The notes below the pieces were generated by a model. It did not search any database, was not told the DNA's origin, and saw only the letters and a program-made list of their open reading frames with translations. From Rhizaria sp. SCN 62-66 (Eukaryota), in the NCBI GenBank assembly GCA_001724265.1, contig MEDY01000012.1, forward strand, positions 124,001 through 188,000: DNA of 64,000 bases. Reading direction: 5' to 3'. Each line of letters opens with the position of its first letter. The first letter of the stretch is position 1. Position numbers and translations under genes: made by a program. This document shows positions 33,235 to 44,982 of the stretch, piece after piece.

Positions 33235-33658
33235 AATTATTTCCACTTCCCTAAAATGTAGAAATAAGTTGACGTTTTAATGTCGTTTTAGAGAATTTAA
33301 GATTGTATACTTAGTCTTTGACATGATTTTTTTTTTAACTTTACAACGCTGTGGTGGCCTGCTCCGACTGGCATGGAACGGGTCGGGCTGGCTGTGCAAC
33401 TTGAAAATAAATGCCACTTTCCATTTTCACTCCAAACGACAATTTCTGCGGACTCCGCCGAGTGATGAAATTCAACATATACTTAAGCACGACTTTGACG
33501 CATGAATTTTTTCAATCTTTCACCGGCGTGCTCCCAAACCTTACGTATCATCTTCTGTGAACCTTTTAGTTGCACTCACCACTCCGACCCACATTGGCCT
33601 CTCCCCAAGGTAACTGACCCTGCTCTTGAGCTACACCCAACACGGTACTTGAAGCGCC

Positions 33659-36600
33659 ATGCCGCGCATTCGATTTTTTCCTGCGGCACAAGGGTCGTCC
33701 TCTAAGCCCGCGTTGCGTCCCATGCCGCATCCGCCAGTTTCGACCCCCACCAAGACTTCAGCACCTCAGGTCAACCAAGAAGGGGTTCCGACTCACTTAA
33801 CTGCAACTGCTCCAGCACTAATCTCTACCGGTGCCGCTCCATGCGAAAACGTGCGGCCCTCCTCGCGACGCACCGAACCCGCGTCTCCGGCGTGGTCGCG
33901 TCTGCGCGGCGAGCAGGCGCACTACGACGCCATCGCGCACGAGCTTGACGGGACCCCCGCGGCAACCCCGCTCCGCTCCACACCGCAGCCTTTCTCTCAG
34001 CAACAGCATAAACACCAGGACGTGCTGCGCTCGATGCGGACTGATCAGCTGCTCATGCATCAGCTGACTGACCAGGTGACACCAGCTGATGTTGATGTCG
34101 TCGTAACTGCTGAGTCGAGTCCGATCAAGTTTGCTACTAGCAGCAATGAGGCAGGGGGCTGCGTTGAGGGTGTTGTCGCGTCCTCAAGTCAACCTCCTCT
34201 CACTGACAAGGGCGACTATACAAGCGCTGCAGTGCTACACTCAACGTTTACTGAGCCGAACGATGATGATCAGCAGACGACGAGAAGCTCTGCTCCTGGC
34301 GCATCAGTAAGCGTTGATACAACGACGAAATCCTCCGCGAATGCTGTTAACAAAAACGACTCAGCTTGCAACCATCCTGACGCCCTAGCTTTGTCGACCG
34401 ATCTGCCGGCAAGTAACGACAGGGTTGCGCCAGACACAGCCGCGGCGCCACATGCGTCCTCTGCCCCGCCTCTCTCATCACACACTCAGCCTCGCGTGTC
34501 GCGTGCACCCCCCGTCCATGCACCGCACTTGCCCCCAGTCGGAGTCTCTCTCAACACAGACGCGACTGTCAGTGCCAGCGCAGGCGCTGCGGGCATCAGC
34601 ATCCGCAGTCGTCGCTCGAGCCGTCCCGTCGTGAACGCCAACAGCGCTAGCGCAAGCACGAACGGGAGCAACAATCACAATAGTCTCAACACCGAGTCTA
34701 CGCTGGTTGCGCCGCAGTCGCGCGCGTCACTGCTGCCCCCACCAGTGACTGCGACAAACATGCTCGTGCGCTCCCGGCCTTTGCCGCGCCCTGTGGTGCG
34801 CCGCCCGTTGCCCCCGCCGCTGCAGCCCATGCAGGCACAGCAGGAGATGCACGCGCATTTGGTGTCAGTTGCGCAGACAAGCGCCATCTCGCTTCCGAGT
34901 GTGCTAAGCAGAGACCAGATGTCGCCCACGAGAGGTGACACTCTCGCCAGCACTGCACATGACTGCACTCAAGATGGCAACGCAAACTATGGAGATGTGT
35001 TTGCTCGTTTGTGTGTAGACGCAGGTGCACACGACGGTGACGACGCGCTACTCGTGAGCACAGATTCCAGCGTAAGCGTAAGTGCGCACGCAAACATGGA
35101 CGACTTAAACCACGCTGTGCATGTACACTCGCCGGAAGCCACCAACATGAGCGCTCATGCAGAGCAGTCCGATCTATTTCTCGCACACTTGCAGGCTCCA
35201 CAGTCTTTCCGTCCGCAGCAGTCGCTCTCCGAGCTGGCCGAGTCCCTCTCCGCAGCGCCGCCGCTGCTGTCGGCCCGCGACCGCGCTGCGCTGGCCGTGG
35301 CGCAGCGCCGCACCGCCGCCGCAGAGGGCGCAGTTGCCGAGGCCGCGGCGGCTATGAAGGCTCGGAGGGCTCGCGGGAGCAAGGGTACGCACGCTGCGAG
35401 CAGCGGTATCACAAGAATTGAGACTACCACTCGTGCTGCCAATAATGTTGTTGCCAACAGCGACGCCATCGACGAAAACACAAGCGTGGCTGAGGCTCAC
35501 GGCGACACCGGACCACATGTGAATGGAAGTCTGAGCGCCGTTCCACTCTTGACCGAGATGACTGATGCAAGTGCTAGCGCGCCTGTCACCGGAGCCACTA
35601 GTGCTGATCGCTACAACGCTATGTCGGCCGATGTAATCACTGTCAGTGACTCCACACTACGCACGATGCCTTCAGCCGAAGACGTGCTCAGCGGACTGCT
35701 TGTGCGGTCCAAGCCTGCGCGCGCACCGCGCCCGAAGCGCTCAGCGCCTATTGCCAGCAGTGACAGCACAAACAACAGCAACAGCAGCTTGTCTGCAGCA
35801 GAATATGCAAACTCTGCCACACGCGCGAGTCCCACTAACCCTGCATTGCCGCAGCATCATCACCAGGCGCAGCATCAGCACCCGCAGCCGCAGTCCTGCC
35901 AGTCCCTGCCCCTGCGCGTGACCCTGCCCCGGCGCGGGCCGGACCTCAGCGTCCCGGCCACCGCGGCACTCGCGGCACGCCGTGCGGCGCAGCGCGCGCG
36001 GGCGCTGTGCCGGCCGCTGCTGACCGCGGCGTGGGCTGACGCCGCTGCCGATGCCGCTGCGGACGCTGCCGTTGATGCTGACACTGCGTTCAATCTTTAC
36101 GGTCATGCTGGCGACGACCCCGGACGCGCTTATGACATGGACTATATCAGCAGTGATGGCGCTACTGCGTCCTGCGCTGGTCCTGCAAAAGAGAGTGCGC
36201 TGGTCGTGTGGATGCGCGCCCAAGGCCACTTGTCAAACGCGGGTGCCAGTAGTGCATCTGCAAGCGCGTTTGCATTGTCCAAGAACGACGTCGAGACCGC
36301 AGAGCGCGCCGCTCAGGCGCTGGCCCCGTCGCAGCGGCAGCGCGTGCCGGGCATCGCGCTGCTTTCTGTGGGCTACGCGGTCACCGCAGTCACCGTGCCC
36401 ACGGTCACCGTCGTGACGCAGATGAGTCTGGCGAAAATATCAGTGGTCGGAGTGCCGTTCATGCCTGTCGAGCTCAATGACGCCAACGATTGTGTCGCGG
36501 GCTGTGCAACACACCTTGTCGTCGGCAACACACTCGATGTCACAGTGACCCATTTGCGCCTTGATTGCGACCATGCGTTTGAATGTGACTGTGACAGCGC

Positions 36601-39600
36601 CTGTGGCGGAAGCTGTGACGGCCACTGGCGCCAGATCGCCGCCGCCGCCAACTACACGCGCGCGACAGTATCGGCTAAACTGTGGCCGGCAACAGAGCAG
36701 CGCTATCATAGCCACACCGGTCAGAACGCTGCTAGCCATAACCACGGTATTTACCTGCATGACAGTGAATTTGCCAAACTACTTGATGATGTCAACGTTC
36801 AGACTGTTGATGTATCAGGGAGCATGTCACCATCATTGCATATTAGCCGCGACTACGTCGAATGTGAGTGGGAGTTGGCGTCACTGATGGCGGACGATAT
36901 GCTGCAGCTAAGCGACGACGATCACACGCCCTACGCACATCCATATTCTGCTCCTCTCAACTCCCCAACTAGCTCGAACATGGACACTGCTGACTGTGAG
37001 GCAACGGTCGTAACACCAGCCGCCTATGTGCAGGATGACTCGGAGCCTAATGAGATGAGTTGTATTGGTATCGACACCGCGGCCGATATTTGCAGTGACT
37101 TTGCGACAGTCTTCAACATGGATCCCACGTGCAACGATGCGATCAAGGTGACCCCTGCACTGTGTGATTTTATGTCTGCCAAATCCGTGTATAATGACGC
37201 AGTCCTCAGCGACAGTTGCAACGCTATCATCGTCACTGACCGTGCAGGTCTGAGTTGTCATGATTTTGACGACGACACCTCGCTGCTGCACCCCGAAGCA
37301 ACTTTGACGACAAACAACAATGATCTCGGTATTATCACAATCAGCATTGAAGGTGCTGCCCCAGCAGGTGTCGCGTGCGCTGGCGCTGTGCACATTGATG
37401 CCACGTGCTCTGCTGACTCTGAGTCGACGCTGTGCCGGGTTAACTGTGGATCACCCGGCCTGTACTTCTACTACCCACAGCTCAGTAGCGCTCGCACCTG
37501 TGAAAACTCTATGACGCCGCAGAGTCTCGCGCTGTTACTCGCCGGCCGCCGCAGCTCTGTCCCTGCGCCAGTCCCGGGCCAGCTGTCACACTGCATGTCG
37601 TTCCCAGTGTCGAGTTTCTTGCCATCTCCCTGGGTACACCAGCATAGTTCTATGCAACAACCGCTAAAGGTGCCGCATACTGAGGCTAAGGATGTGGCGA
37701 CAGCGCTGCTCCAACGACACTTGTCAGACGCTCTGTTATTATCTGCAGCAGCGCATGACATTTCATCGGAAGTCGTCGCAATGCCTCTTGCTGCCGATGT
37801 TGACGTTGATGTGGAGTATATGTCGCTGCCAGACGAGGACTTTCCCTACGCCGCTGAGGTGACTGCTCTTGACGGCGACACTTTTGGCGAAGACGCGTAT
37901 TGCCTTCAAAACATGGATTACATTCAGAACCAAGTGTTCTCAGGTTATTCGGTATTTGATGAGAGTGTCAATAGCGACAAACATGTTGCGGCTTCAACCA
38001 TTCGCGAGTTACGCCGGCTTGTCTCGACTACGGCTCACAGCAATGATGATGTGAGCGTGGCACGCGATGTTTGTGACCACGTTGGGTGCGGATACGCGCG
38101 TGTCGGGCACGCGCCGCTTTTACAAACGGCATTGCCGCAGCTGCACATGTATGGAGCAATTTCCCCGCAGCCACAGTCGACACAGCCTGAAGAGATGCCC
38201 CACAGAGCGCAGTGTTTAGTCACACGCATTGGCGCTGCCACAGCACGGCAATGCGCGCTGGCTCTAACACAGCGTTACAATGTTGGCACACAACGTCGCG
38301 CTACTATTGCAGCAAATCTGCGTGCTGCTGGTGAAGACAATGCTTACAACAGCAGTGACATATTCACACTCGAAGTTCCTTTAATTACAGTCAATGATGC
38401 GCTTGTTAACATCTACTCTACTTCTCTCGGGTCCACAAACATAGGGATTATTGAGCGCGTAAGCAACGTTGATGCCACGCTGCGCTGCTTTGACCCTAAC
38501 TCATTCTGTCATTGCGACGCTCGTAGCCATATCGGCAGCGCCGTGTTCGCCGCTGACGGTCATTCTCACTCTGCTATTTACAGCCACTGCGTTGACTCAG
38601 CCGACCTGCTCCAGATGTATCCCTGCACCAGCCCGGCCTCTTGCATCAACAACAGCGACGCTCTTAGTCGTACACCCGTTCAAAGTCGCACAGTCGTAGG
38701 CACTTGCGCTCTCTGTGTCCACTGGAACACGCCGGGTGACTGTGACGACTGCAGCAACAACGCGCCCATCAATAATCATTGCGGCACACATAGTCGCTGC
38801 GACTGTATCGGCCCATGTGACTGTGAGCACGACAGCACTCGCTTCCTCGGCATGACCTCAGTGCTCACCGACACACCGTACGCGCGCGTTCCTCACGGCA
38901 CATACTTCATGCCTCGCGGCAACTCTGCAAATGCAAACGGTGGCCGTGCTGACACAAACTCATGTGACAGTGCAGCTACGCTGGACGATAGTGACCAGAA
39001 CACAGACAGCAATGGCGGCGCTGCGTCCTCCATGCTCGACCTCGCGCCAGTGCCACTGCCCCTCGCCGCGCTCGGCTGGGCCGTGACCAGCGGGTCCGCC
39101 ACAGACGCCGTCACCGCAGCAGCCGCAGCGGCGGCAGCGGCGGCCGCGGCGACCGCAGCGACGGGGCAGCGCGCAAAGGGCGCTAGCGCTGGCACGCGCA
39201 CAGCAGGTTCTGCACCTGTAGTCGGCGGTGTCGCACGGCTGACTGGCGCGATGAAGGCGCGTATGAACCGCGCCCTTAAGGCACCGCCCCCGCCGCGGCC
39301 GACTGACCCCGCAGCAATTGCCGCGGCGCGAGCGCTGTCGATGGCCGTGATGGCAAAGCAACAGATGGAGCAGAATAGCAAGGCTGTTGCCAGTGGCACT
39401 GCGTTAGCTGGCGGCGGTAAGAAAGCTGTAGGCGGACTCACCAAGCGTAATAGGGCCGCGGCGCCTTTGTTGCTCAATACGGCGAGCAGCAACCGTGCAA
39501 GCAGCGGCGGTCAGCAGCAACTGAAGCCGGTCTACGCGGGGCTTGGCAAAGGAACGTTCAAGCTTGAAGGGCCAGTCTACAAGCGCTCTCGCATTGCGAC

Positions 39601-42600
39601 CACCCCCGCCACTGCCAGTGCTGACACAAATGGTAACAACAGTGGAAGTAATGATGCCACAGACACGCAAGCGAGCGATGCGGACGCTGCTGTCACAGCC
39701 GCAACGCAAACATGCGCTGACAATGCCGACGTTCAACTGCCCCTTATCTCCGGCCCTAACAACGCCAGCGATGATGAGGGTTTGGCTGATGACAGCCCCG
39801 ATGACACTGATGAGACCATTGTACGCCTCAGCTGCTACGACATCGCATACGGCCCCGACTTCTGCGCAGACCACACGCACACCAAGGATTGCGACTGCGA
39901 AGACTGCGAGTGCGATCTGGATACAAGCAACAGCATGCCCGTAGTCGCCGCCCTGCGCTCTGCGCTCACGCTCTCGGCATTCGCGCGCTGCGCACCGCGT
40001 GCGTACGACGCCTGCGACCCGTCGTTACGTCTGCCGGTGCCCGCGCTCCGTTTCGACCTCGACCGCCAACGGCGCTGCACTGCACAGGGCGTCGCGGTGC
40101 CTCACATCAGCGCGTCGCCGGGCCTGGCCGTGCGGAGCCGTGCAGGCGGCGCTGGTCTGGTCGGCGACCTGTGGGCCGCGTCCAACTGGGCTGCGAGTCT
40201 GCTCACTGCATGGTCACAGCCCACGGTCGCGGTCGACACCGCTCATCATACGGTTGTAGTAGTGTCATCAGGCACTCGTGCGCGTAGTCCCACTCGCCGC
40301 CCCAGTGAGTTTCTTCCAGCTACGCGTTTGCCCGCAGTTAGTTTCTCGCTCACGATCGGCTCCATTGATGCAAGCGCGTTCGACTCGCCGTGGCCGGCGA
40401 CGGAGCTCGTGCCAAGTCCGTTTGCAGCTAGTAGCTCGACGCGCAGCATGGCGGAGTTTAGCTACAGCAGTTGCACTGAAAGTTCTGTTGCTGATCGCGA
40501 TACGTTTACTGACACAAACATCGCTACCGCCGCTAACTCACTCCGCAGTAACCTAGGCCTCGGGCTCGCAGTTGCTTACAGCGCGCCCGCGTTTGCCCCG
40601 CTGCGGTCCCGCCACTGCCGCCGCCGCGCGTGCCGCCGCTGCGCCGCGGTCACTGCCGACAACGCCGCGCTACTTGCAGACAGCGACACTTCTGGTGCTC
40701 AGGGTGGAGTGGATCCCAGCGATGCTCCCGCCGACGCCGACGACAATGACGACGAGTGCGAGCTTGACGACTGCGACACTGCGGTGCTGCTGCACCGGCT
40801 GCTCGTAGTCGCTGACGCCGCACTGCCATTGGCATCCGTCGCGACGCTGCAGGAGCGGAGTCCGCCTGCACCACAGCAGCCGGACCGGCTTCCGCGGTCT
40901 GCGGCTGACTCTTCCGCTGCACGCCATGACGCGTCCGCTTTGCACGGCACCCCTAGTCCTCAGCGTGAGAGCCGGGATGGCGGTGCTGCCGTGGTTGCTG
41001 ACGGCGGTGATGGCGACGACGACGGCGGTGATGGTGGCGACGATGACTGCATCGTGACTGGGGGCAGCAGTGGTGCCCTGCATCGGCCTGACCCAACGAC
41101 TGCACGCAGCATGAGTGGGTTCAAAACACAGAGCTACGACAGGGCGAGCAGTGAGCGTGACGCATGGCTCGGGCCTCAGCCTGAGCTGCAACACTGGCGA
41201 CACCAACATGCGTGCTACGGCGCGCGCCATGGCGGCAGCTGGCAGGAGCACCACGGTGCAGCAGCTGAACAGCATTATAACCTTGATCACGAGGGAAGCG
41301 GTAACGTTCAGCACTCGTTTCACCGGTCTCAGTCTCAGCACGTCAACGCAAACGCGCATCAACACCACGATGCGCAGCAGCAGTGGCGCCGCGAGCAGGA
41401 GCAGTGGCAGCGTCATCAGCACCGGCCACATACGCAGTGGCAGCACAGTCGAGACGAGCCGTGGCACCCGGCCCACGCCGACCGTCAACGGCAGCTGCGC
41501 GAGCAGTGGGGCAACCGCTCTGCCGCGCCAGGCGGCTCTGTTGTCGGGCGCGGGACTGCTCGCGACGCGGCGGCTAGCGCCTGGGTGGCCCCCGGCGTCT
41601 GTGTGAGCGCCGAGCAGGTGTTGCTGCTGTCCCCACCGCCGGGGCCCACGCGCGACGACCCCATGTCGCCGCCGCGGCGCTCCACCTTCGTACTGCCCGT
41701 GCTCGGCAACGGCACCAGCGCGCGCGGCAGTTACAGCCACAGTTATAGCGGAGCATTTGAGGCCATCGATATTGCGCATATTGAGACGTCTGCGGCGCCA
41801 TTTCAGGGAGCGCCGCTAGCAAGCTTTTCAACGGCGCCATTGGCTGGCTTTGTCCCACACCAACCTCTGCAGCTCCCTCAATCCCAAGCACGGTCGCAGC
41901 ATCAGCTACAGCCGCATACGCTGCCTTTGCTGCCGGCCGCATCGGCACAGTCAGCGGCCACAAGCGGCGGCGGAGCCGTAGGCCCAGCGCAGACTGTGAG
42001 CTCGAGCGCTAATGCAAGTGCTCCTGCTGGTGCGCGCACAGCGGCCCAGGCAGCAGGTGCGACGCCGCGGCCGGTCGACCCGCGGCTGGGGCGCAAGCGC
42101 CCCGCCTCCGCTCTCACGCTGTCAATTGCTCGCAGCGCCACCGGGGAAAGCTCTGGGGTGACACCGGGCTCTGCGCAGTCCGGCGGCTGGAGCGGTGACG
42201 GCAGCAGCAGCACAGACGTCGGCAGCGGCAGCGGCGGCGCTGGCGGGGTGTGGCTTCCTGCAGCGCAACAACAACCGTCTCAGACATCGTCACAACCGCC
42301 GCACCAGCAACAGAGTTGGACTGCCACACTGCAGGCACAACAGCGGTCGCAACAAGAGCATGCATCTTGGCAGCAACAGCACAGCAACTGGCAAGGGGAA
42401 TCCGTACCACAACAGCAACACCAGTACGACCAGCAACAGCAGCAACATGAGCAGTGGCGCCCGCAGCAGTCTGGCGACAACGCTGCGCAACCACACAACG
42501 ACAGCAACAACGACACGCTACAGCAACCGGCGTACCTCCCGCAAGAGCCGCAGCAACTGCGCCCGCCGCAGCCGTCCCCGCGCCCCGCCAGCGCCGTCTT

Positions 42601-43108
42601 CGGCGCCGGCAGCGGACTCCGACAGCACGCGGCGCCCAACAGCAGCCACAGTCACGCAGGTCTCGCGCACGGCTACGCGCAAATACCCGGTGCTCACGCA
42701 GCCCATTCTTACAATAGTGGACTCAACCATAACCACAGCGTGTTCAATAACTCCATTGACTTCTCCGGCTTTGCGACTCCCGCGAGCGCGCGTGCAGGTG
42801 CGAGCGTGAGTGCGAGCGGCTTCAGCACTGGTTTCAGCACGAGCGCGACGCCGCGGGCCTGGCGCGGCGGCGGGCTCGGCGGGGCTAGTGCGCGTGTTAA
42901 GCAGCAACGGCAGCAGCAGCAACATGGGGCGAAGGGACAGAGCAGGGGAGGGGTGGAACAAATGTGGGCTGCTGGCACACCGAGCAACAATAACCAGAGT
43001 ACTGCCAACGCCAACAGCGGAGCTGGCGCAGGTGTTTACATGTACAGCAACAATGGCAACGTGCGCCCTGGCATGGGCGGCGCTGGTGGCAACAGGAGGG
43101 CATGGTGA
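33659..43108 (+). CDS. Very large single-exon hypothetical protein (3149 aa), low-complexity with Cys/His/Asp clusters
   Basis: 9.45 kb uninterrupted ORF flanked by AT-rich DNA, amino-acid composition like neighbouring genes; no domain recognised; ends TGA. Confidence 0.75.
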   Translation: MPRIRFFPAAQGSSSKPALRPMPHPPVSTPTKTSAPQVNQEGVPTHLTATAPALISTGAAPCENVRPSSRRTEPASPAWSRLRGEQAHYDAIAHELDGTPAATPLRSTPQPFSQQQHKHQDVLRSMRTDQLLMHQLTDQVTPADVDVVVTAESSPIKFATSSNEAGGCVEGVVASSSQPPLTDKGDYTSAAVLHSTFTEPNDDDQQTTRSSAPGASVSVDTTTKSSANAVNKNDSACNHPDALALSTDLPASNDRVAPDTAAAPHASSAPPLSSHTQPRVSRAPPVHAPHLPPVGVSLNTDATVSASAGAAGISIRSRRSSRPVVNANSASASTNGSNNHNSLNTESTLVAPQSRASLLPPPVTATNMLVRSRPLPRPVVRRPLPPPLQPMQAQQEMHAHLVSVAQTSAISLPSVLSRDQMSPTRGDTLASTAHDCTQDGNANYGDVFARLCVDAGAHDGDDALLVSTDSSVSVSAHANMDDLNHAVHVHSPEATNMSAHAEQSDLFLAHLQAPQSFRPQQSLSELAESLSAAPPLLSARDRAALAVAQRRTAAAEGAVAEAAAAMKARRARGSKGTHAASSGITRIETTTRAANNVVANSDAIDENTSVAEAHGDTGPHVNGSLSAVPLLTEMTDASASAPVTGATSADRYNAMSADVITVSDSTLRTMPSAEDVLSGLLVRSKPARAPRPKRSAPIASSDSTNNSNSSLSAAEYANSATRASPTNPALPQHHHQAQHQHPQPQSCQSLPLRVTLPRRGPDLSVPATAALAARRAAQRARALCRPLLTAAWADAAADAAADAAVDADTAFNLYGHAGDDPGRAYDMDYISSDGATASCAGPAKESALVVWMRAQGHLSNAGASSASASAFALSKNDVETAERAAQALAPSQRQRVPGIALLSVGYAVTAVTVPTVTVVTQMSLAKISVVGVPFMPVELNDANDCVAGCATHLVVGNTLDVTVTHLRLDCDHAFECDCDSACGGSCDGHWRQIAAAANYTRATVSAKLWPATEQRYHSHTGQNAASHNHGIYLHDSEFAKLLDDVNVQTVDVSGSMSPSLHISRDYVECEWELASLMADDMLQLSDDDHTPYAHPYSAPLNSPTSSNMDTADCEATVVTPAAYVQDDSEPNEMSCIGIDTAADICSDFATVFNMDPTCNDAIKVTPALCDFMSAKSVYNDAVLSDSCNAIIVTDRAGLSCHDFDDDTSLLHPEATLTTNNNDLGIITISIEGAAPAGVACAGAVHIDATCSADSESTLCRVNCGSPGLYFYYPQLSSARTCENSMTPQSLALLLAGRRSSVPAPVPGQLSHCMSFPVSSFLPSPWVHQHSSMQQPLKVPHTEAKDVATALLQRHLSDALLLSAAAHDISSEVVAMPLAADVDVDVEYMSLPDEDFPYAAEVTALDGDTFGEDAYCLQNMDYIQNQVFSGYSVFDESVNSDKHVAASTIRELRRLVSTTAHSNDDVSVARDVCDHVGCGYARVGHAPLLQTALPQLHMYGAISPQPQSTQPEEMPHRAQCLVTRIGAATARQCALALTQRYNVGTQRRATIAANLRAAGEDNAYNSSDIFTLEVPLITVNDALVNIYSTSLGSTNIGIIERVSNVDATLRCFDPNSFCHCDARSHIGSAVFAADGHSHSAIYSHCVDSADLLQMYPCTSPASCINNSDALSRTPVQSRTVVGTCALCVHWNTPGDCDDCSNNAPINNHCGTHSRCDCIGPCDCEHDSTRFLGMTSVLTDTPYARVPHGTYFMPRGNSANANGGRADTNSCDSAATLDDSDQNTDSNGGAASSMLDLAPVPLPLAALGWAVTSGSATDAVTAAAAAAAAAAAATAATGQRAKGASAGTRTAGSAPVVGGVARLTGAMKARMNRALKAPPPPRPTDPAAIAAARALSMAVMAKQQMEQNSKAVASGTALAGGGKKAVGGLTKRNRAAAPLLLNTASSNRASSGGQQQLKPVYAGLGKGTFKLEGPVYKRSRIATTPATASADTNGNNSGSNDATDTQASDADAAVTAATQTCADNADVQLPLISGPNNASDDEGLADDSPDDTDETIVRLSCYDIAYGPDFCADHTHTKDCDCEDCECDLDTSNSMPVVAALRSALTLSAFARCAPRAYDACDPSLRLPVPALRFDLDRQRRCTAQGVAVPHISASPGLAVRSRAGGAGLVGDLWAASNWAASLLTAWSQPTVAVDTAHHTVVVVSSGTRARSPTRRPSEFLPATRLPAVSFSLTIGSIDASAFDSPWPATELVPSPFAASSSTRSMAEFSYSSCTESSVADRDTFTDTNIATAANSLRSNLGLGLAVAYSAPAFAPLRSRHCRRRACRRCAAVTADNAALLADSDTSGAQGGVDPSDAPADADDNDDECELDDCDTAVLLHRLLVVADAALPLASVATLQERSPPAPQQPDRLPRSAADSSAARHDASALHGTPSPQRESRDGGAAVVADGGDGDDDGGDGGDDDCIVTGGSSGALHRPDPTTARSMSGFKTQSYDRASSERDAWLGPQPELQHWRHQHACYGARHGGSWQEHHGAAAEQHYNLDHEGSGNVQHSFHRSQSQHVNANAHQHHDAQQQWRREQEQWQRHQHRPHTQWQHSRDEPWHPAHADRQRQLREQWGNRSAAPGGSVVGRGTARDAAASAWVAPGVCVSAEQVLLLSPPPGPTRDDPMSPPRRSTFVLPVLGNGTSARGSYSHSYSGAFEAIDIAHIETSAAPFQGAPLASFSTAPLAGFVPHQPLQLPQSQARSQHQLQPHTLPLLPAASAQSAATSGGGAVGPAQTVSSSANASAPAGARTAAQAAGATPRPVDPRLGRKRPASALTLSIARSATGESSGVTPGSAQSGGWSGDGSSSTDVGSGSGGAGGVWLPAAQQQPSQTSSQPPHQQQSWTATLQAQQRSQQEHASWQQQHSNWQGESVPQQQHQYDQQQQQHEQWRPQQSGDNAAQPHNDSNNDTLQQPAYLPQEPQQLRPPQPSPRPASAVFGAGSGLRQHAAPNSSHSHAGLAHGYAQIPGAHAAHSYNSGLNHNHSVFNNSIDFSGFATPASARAGASVSASGFSTGFSTSATPRAWRGGGLGGASARVKQQRQQQQHGAKGQSRGGVEQMWAAGTPSNNNQSTANANSGAGAGVYMYSNNGNVRPGMGGAGGNRRAW

Positions 43109-43292
43109 GTGCACGTGCACTGCAGCACACCAGGGCCAACACACTGACATATCAAAACATGCGAAACGGATGGATGACGATAGAAAGTCGGATTGATATT
43201 GTATGATCACATTAAATCAAGAGGAAAGAACTAATTAATAAACTATTTAACATTGAGCGCAAACGAACGCGTCTTAGAAAGGAATGGAGCAA

Positions 43293-44838
43293 TCACAGTG
43301 AAGAAGAAGACTCAGCAGCGAAAGCTGCAAACGGGTCCGCATCAGCCTGGCCCTGCTCGTTGTTGGCGCTGAGCTGAGCCTGCGCGCCGCCCGCGTCGGC
43401 CGCGGCGGAAATGTTGTTGCCGCCGCCGTCCACGGTCGGCGTCGGCAGTGATTCGAGCGAGCCCCCGAACAGGTCCATACACACCGCGCCGCCGCCCGCG
43501 CTGTGGATGGCGCCGAGACTCAGGCTGCTGGCCAGGGGCGACATGGCGATGGGCACGGAGGCCGCGGCGGCGCCCGCTCGCGTAGCGGGCGAGATGTAGT
43601 CCGCAAAGCTGCCGCTGTGGCTGATGTTGACGTTGTCGCAGTTGCTGGCGCTGACGCTGCCATTGCTGCTGAGACTGTTGCTGTTGAGACTGTTGCTGTT
43701 GAGGCTGTTGCTGGCAGCGCGACTCGGCGTCGGGGGCGACAACACCCCGCTGTTGCTGCTGGCCGGCGACAGCAGTCCCCCCAAACCCGCGCCCACGCTA
43801 GCCGCGCCCGCGGCGCCGTTGCCGCCTGCGGTGGGGTTCGCGTCGGTGGCGGAGGAGAGCACATCGCGCAGCACCTGCTCGTGCGCGGCGTTGAAGCGCG
43901 AGAAGTGGAAGGGCGCTGTGGGCCCGTCGTGCGTGTACACGGAGCCCAGGCTGGCGATAACACTGGCGTGCGCGCGCTGGAGGAATTCGGGCAGGTTGAG
44001 CTGCGTAAACGTCCACGCCTCGTGGTTGAACGCGCGGGAGCCCTGTGACAACGGTTAGACAAAGTAACAGGACACATACAGGGACAAAATATGAATTGTG
44101 ACTGTTAGACAACATATCAAAATTACCTGACAGGTTTGCGCTATAAAAATTCACTAGTGAGGTTGGATTAGAGGATTGTGCGGAGATATTGCCGATTTTC
44201 ATTTGTGTTGCAAAGTAACGTACCGAGTTGGGCTCCCACAGCTGCGGCCGCGTGAAGACCTTCTTGATATAGTTCAGAATAGCCGCAATAAAAGGGGTCG
44301 TGTTGGGCCAGTCAGCAAACTGCGGGTCCATGTCAAGCTGGCCCTGGTCGTCGACAAGCGGGTGGTAGAGCGGCGTCTTGAAGTAGACCACGGGCCGCGA
44401 GTCGGGGAAGCGCACTGGGATCTTGAGCAGGAACTTGAAGATGCCCGTCGCGTAGGGACCCTTGCGCGGGAACACAACGCCGTGCCAGAGAAACATGTTG
44501 TCCTTGGCGGGGGCGATGTACATGCCAGCGGGGATCTGGTTCCTGAGCATCTTGCTGTCATGGCAACGCGCGAGAGCAAGGGGGACAACGAAGTGAGTCG
44601 AGTCAGCGACGCAGCTAGAATGAGGGCGTGCAGTTTCTTAGCAGAAGTATACAACAATAAAGGCCAACTTGGGAGACAACTGCTTCGTGTTAATGGTCAA
44701 TCCGGTTGTTTTAGAAACGTACTACTCTTGTAGAAGCATATATGCCTTGAAAGCCCTGGTGCTTGACTCGATTTCGCTGAGCGTGCCAGAGGCTTGGCGC
44801 TGGGGCGTCCCGGGAGACAAGGGATGTTCACCACTCAT
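43293..44838 (-). CDS. AKTIP: AKTIP/FTS-like catalytically inactive E2 variant (398 aa)
   Basis: Exons 44838-44723, 44554-44224, 44042-43293 (TGA). YMLLQEYKML..IPAGMYIAP, WHGVVFPRKGPYATGIFKF, PLYHPLVDDQGQLDM (Asp at the catalytic Cys position, as in AKTIP), FNHEAW. Confidence 0.88.
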
Positions 44839-44970
44839 TGCAATTTAGCGGGAATACGTCAACGCACCTATAAAATTCCGTCGAGAGTGCTGCAGAAGGT
44901 TTAACGGACTGTGGGGGGTAGAGCTGCAGATGATTTATCTCTGACTCTGCGCCTCGTGACCCACCAGGGT

Positions 44971-44982
44971 GGTTCGCAAAAA
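44971..44982. promoter_or_regulatory. Candidate promoter element GGTTCSCAAAAA in the AKTIP/RFC3 divergent intergenic region
   Basis: Same 12-mer (one variable base) at 29688-29699 and, reverse-complemented, at 50181-50192, each between divergently transcribed genes. Confidence 0.35.

Noticed and set aside
44715-44730. Apparent in-frame TAG in AKTIP (GAG TAG TAC GT)
   Set aside because: It is a Tyr codon split by a phase-2 intron (TA|GTACGT...CAG|C), so it is not counted as recoding evidence.
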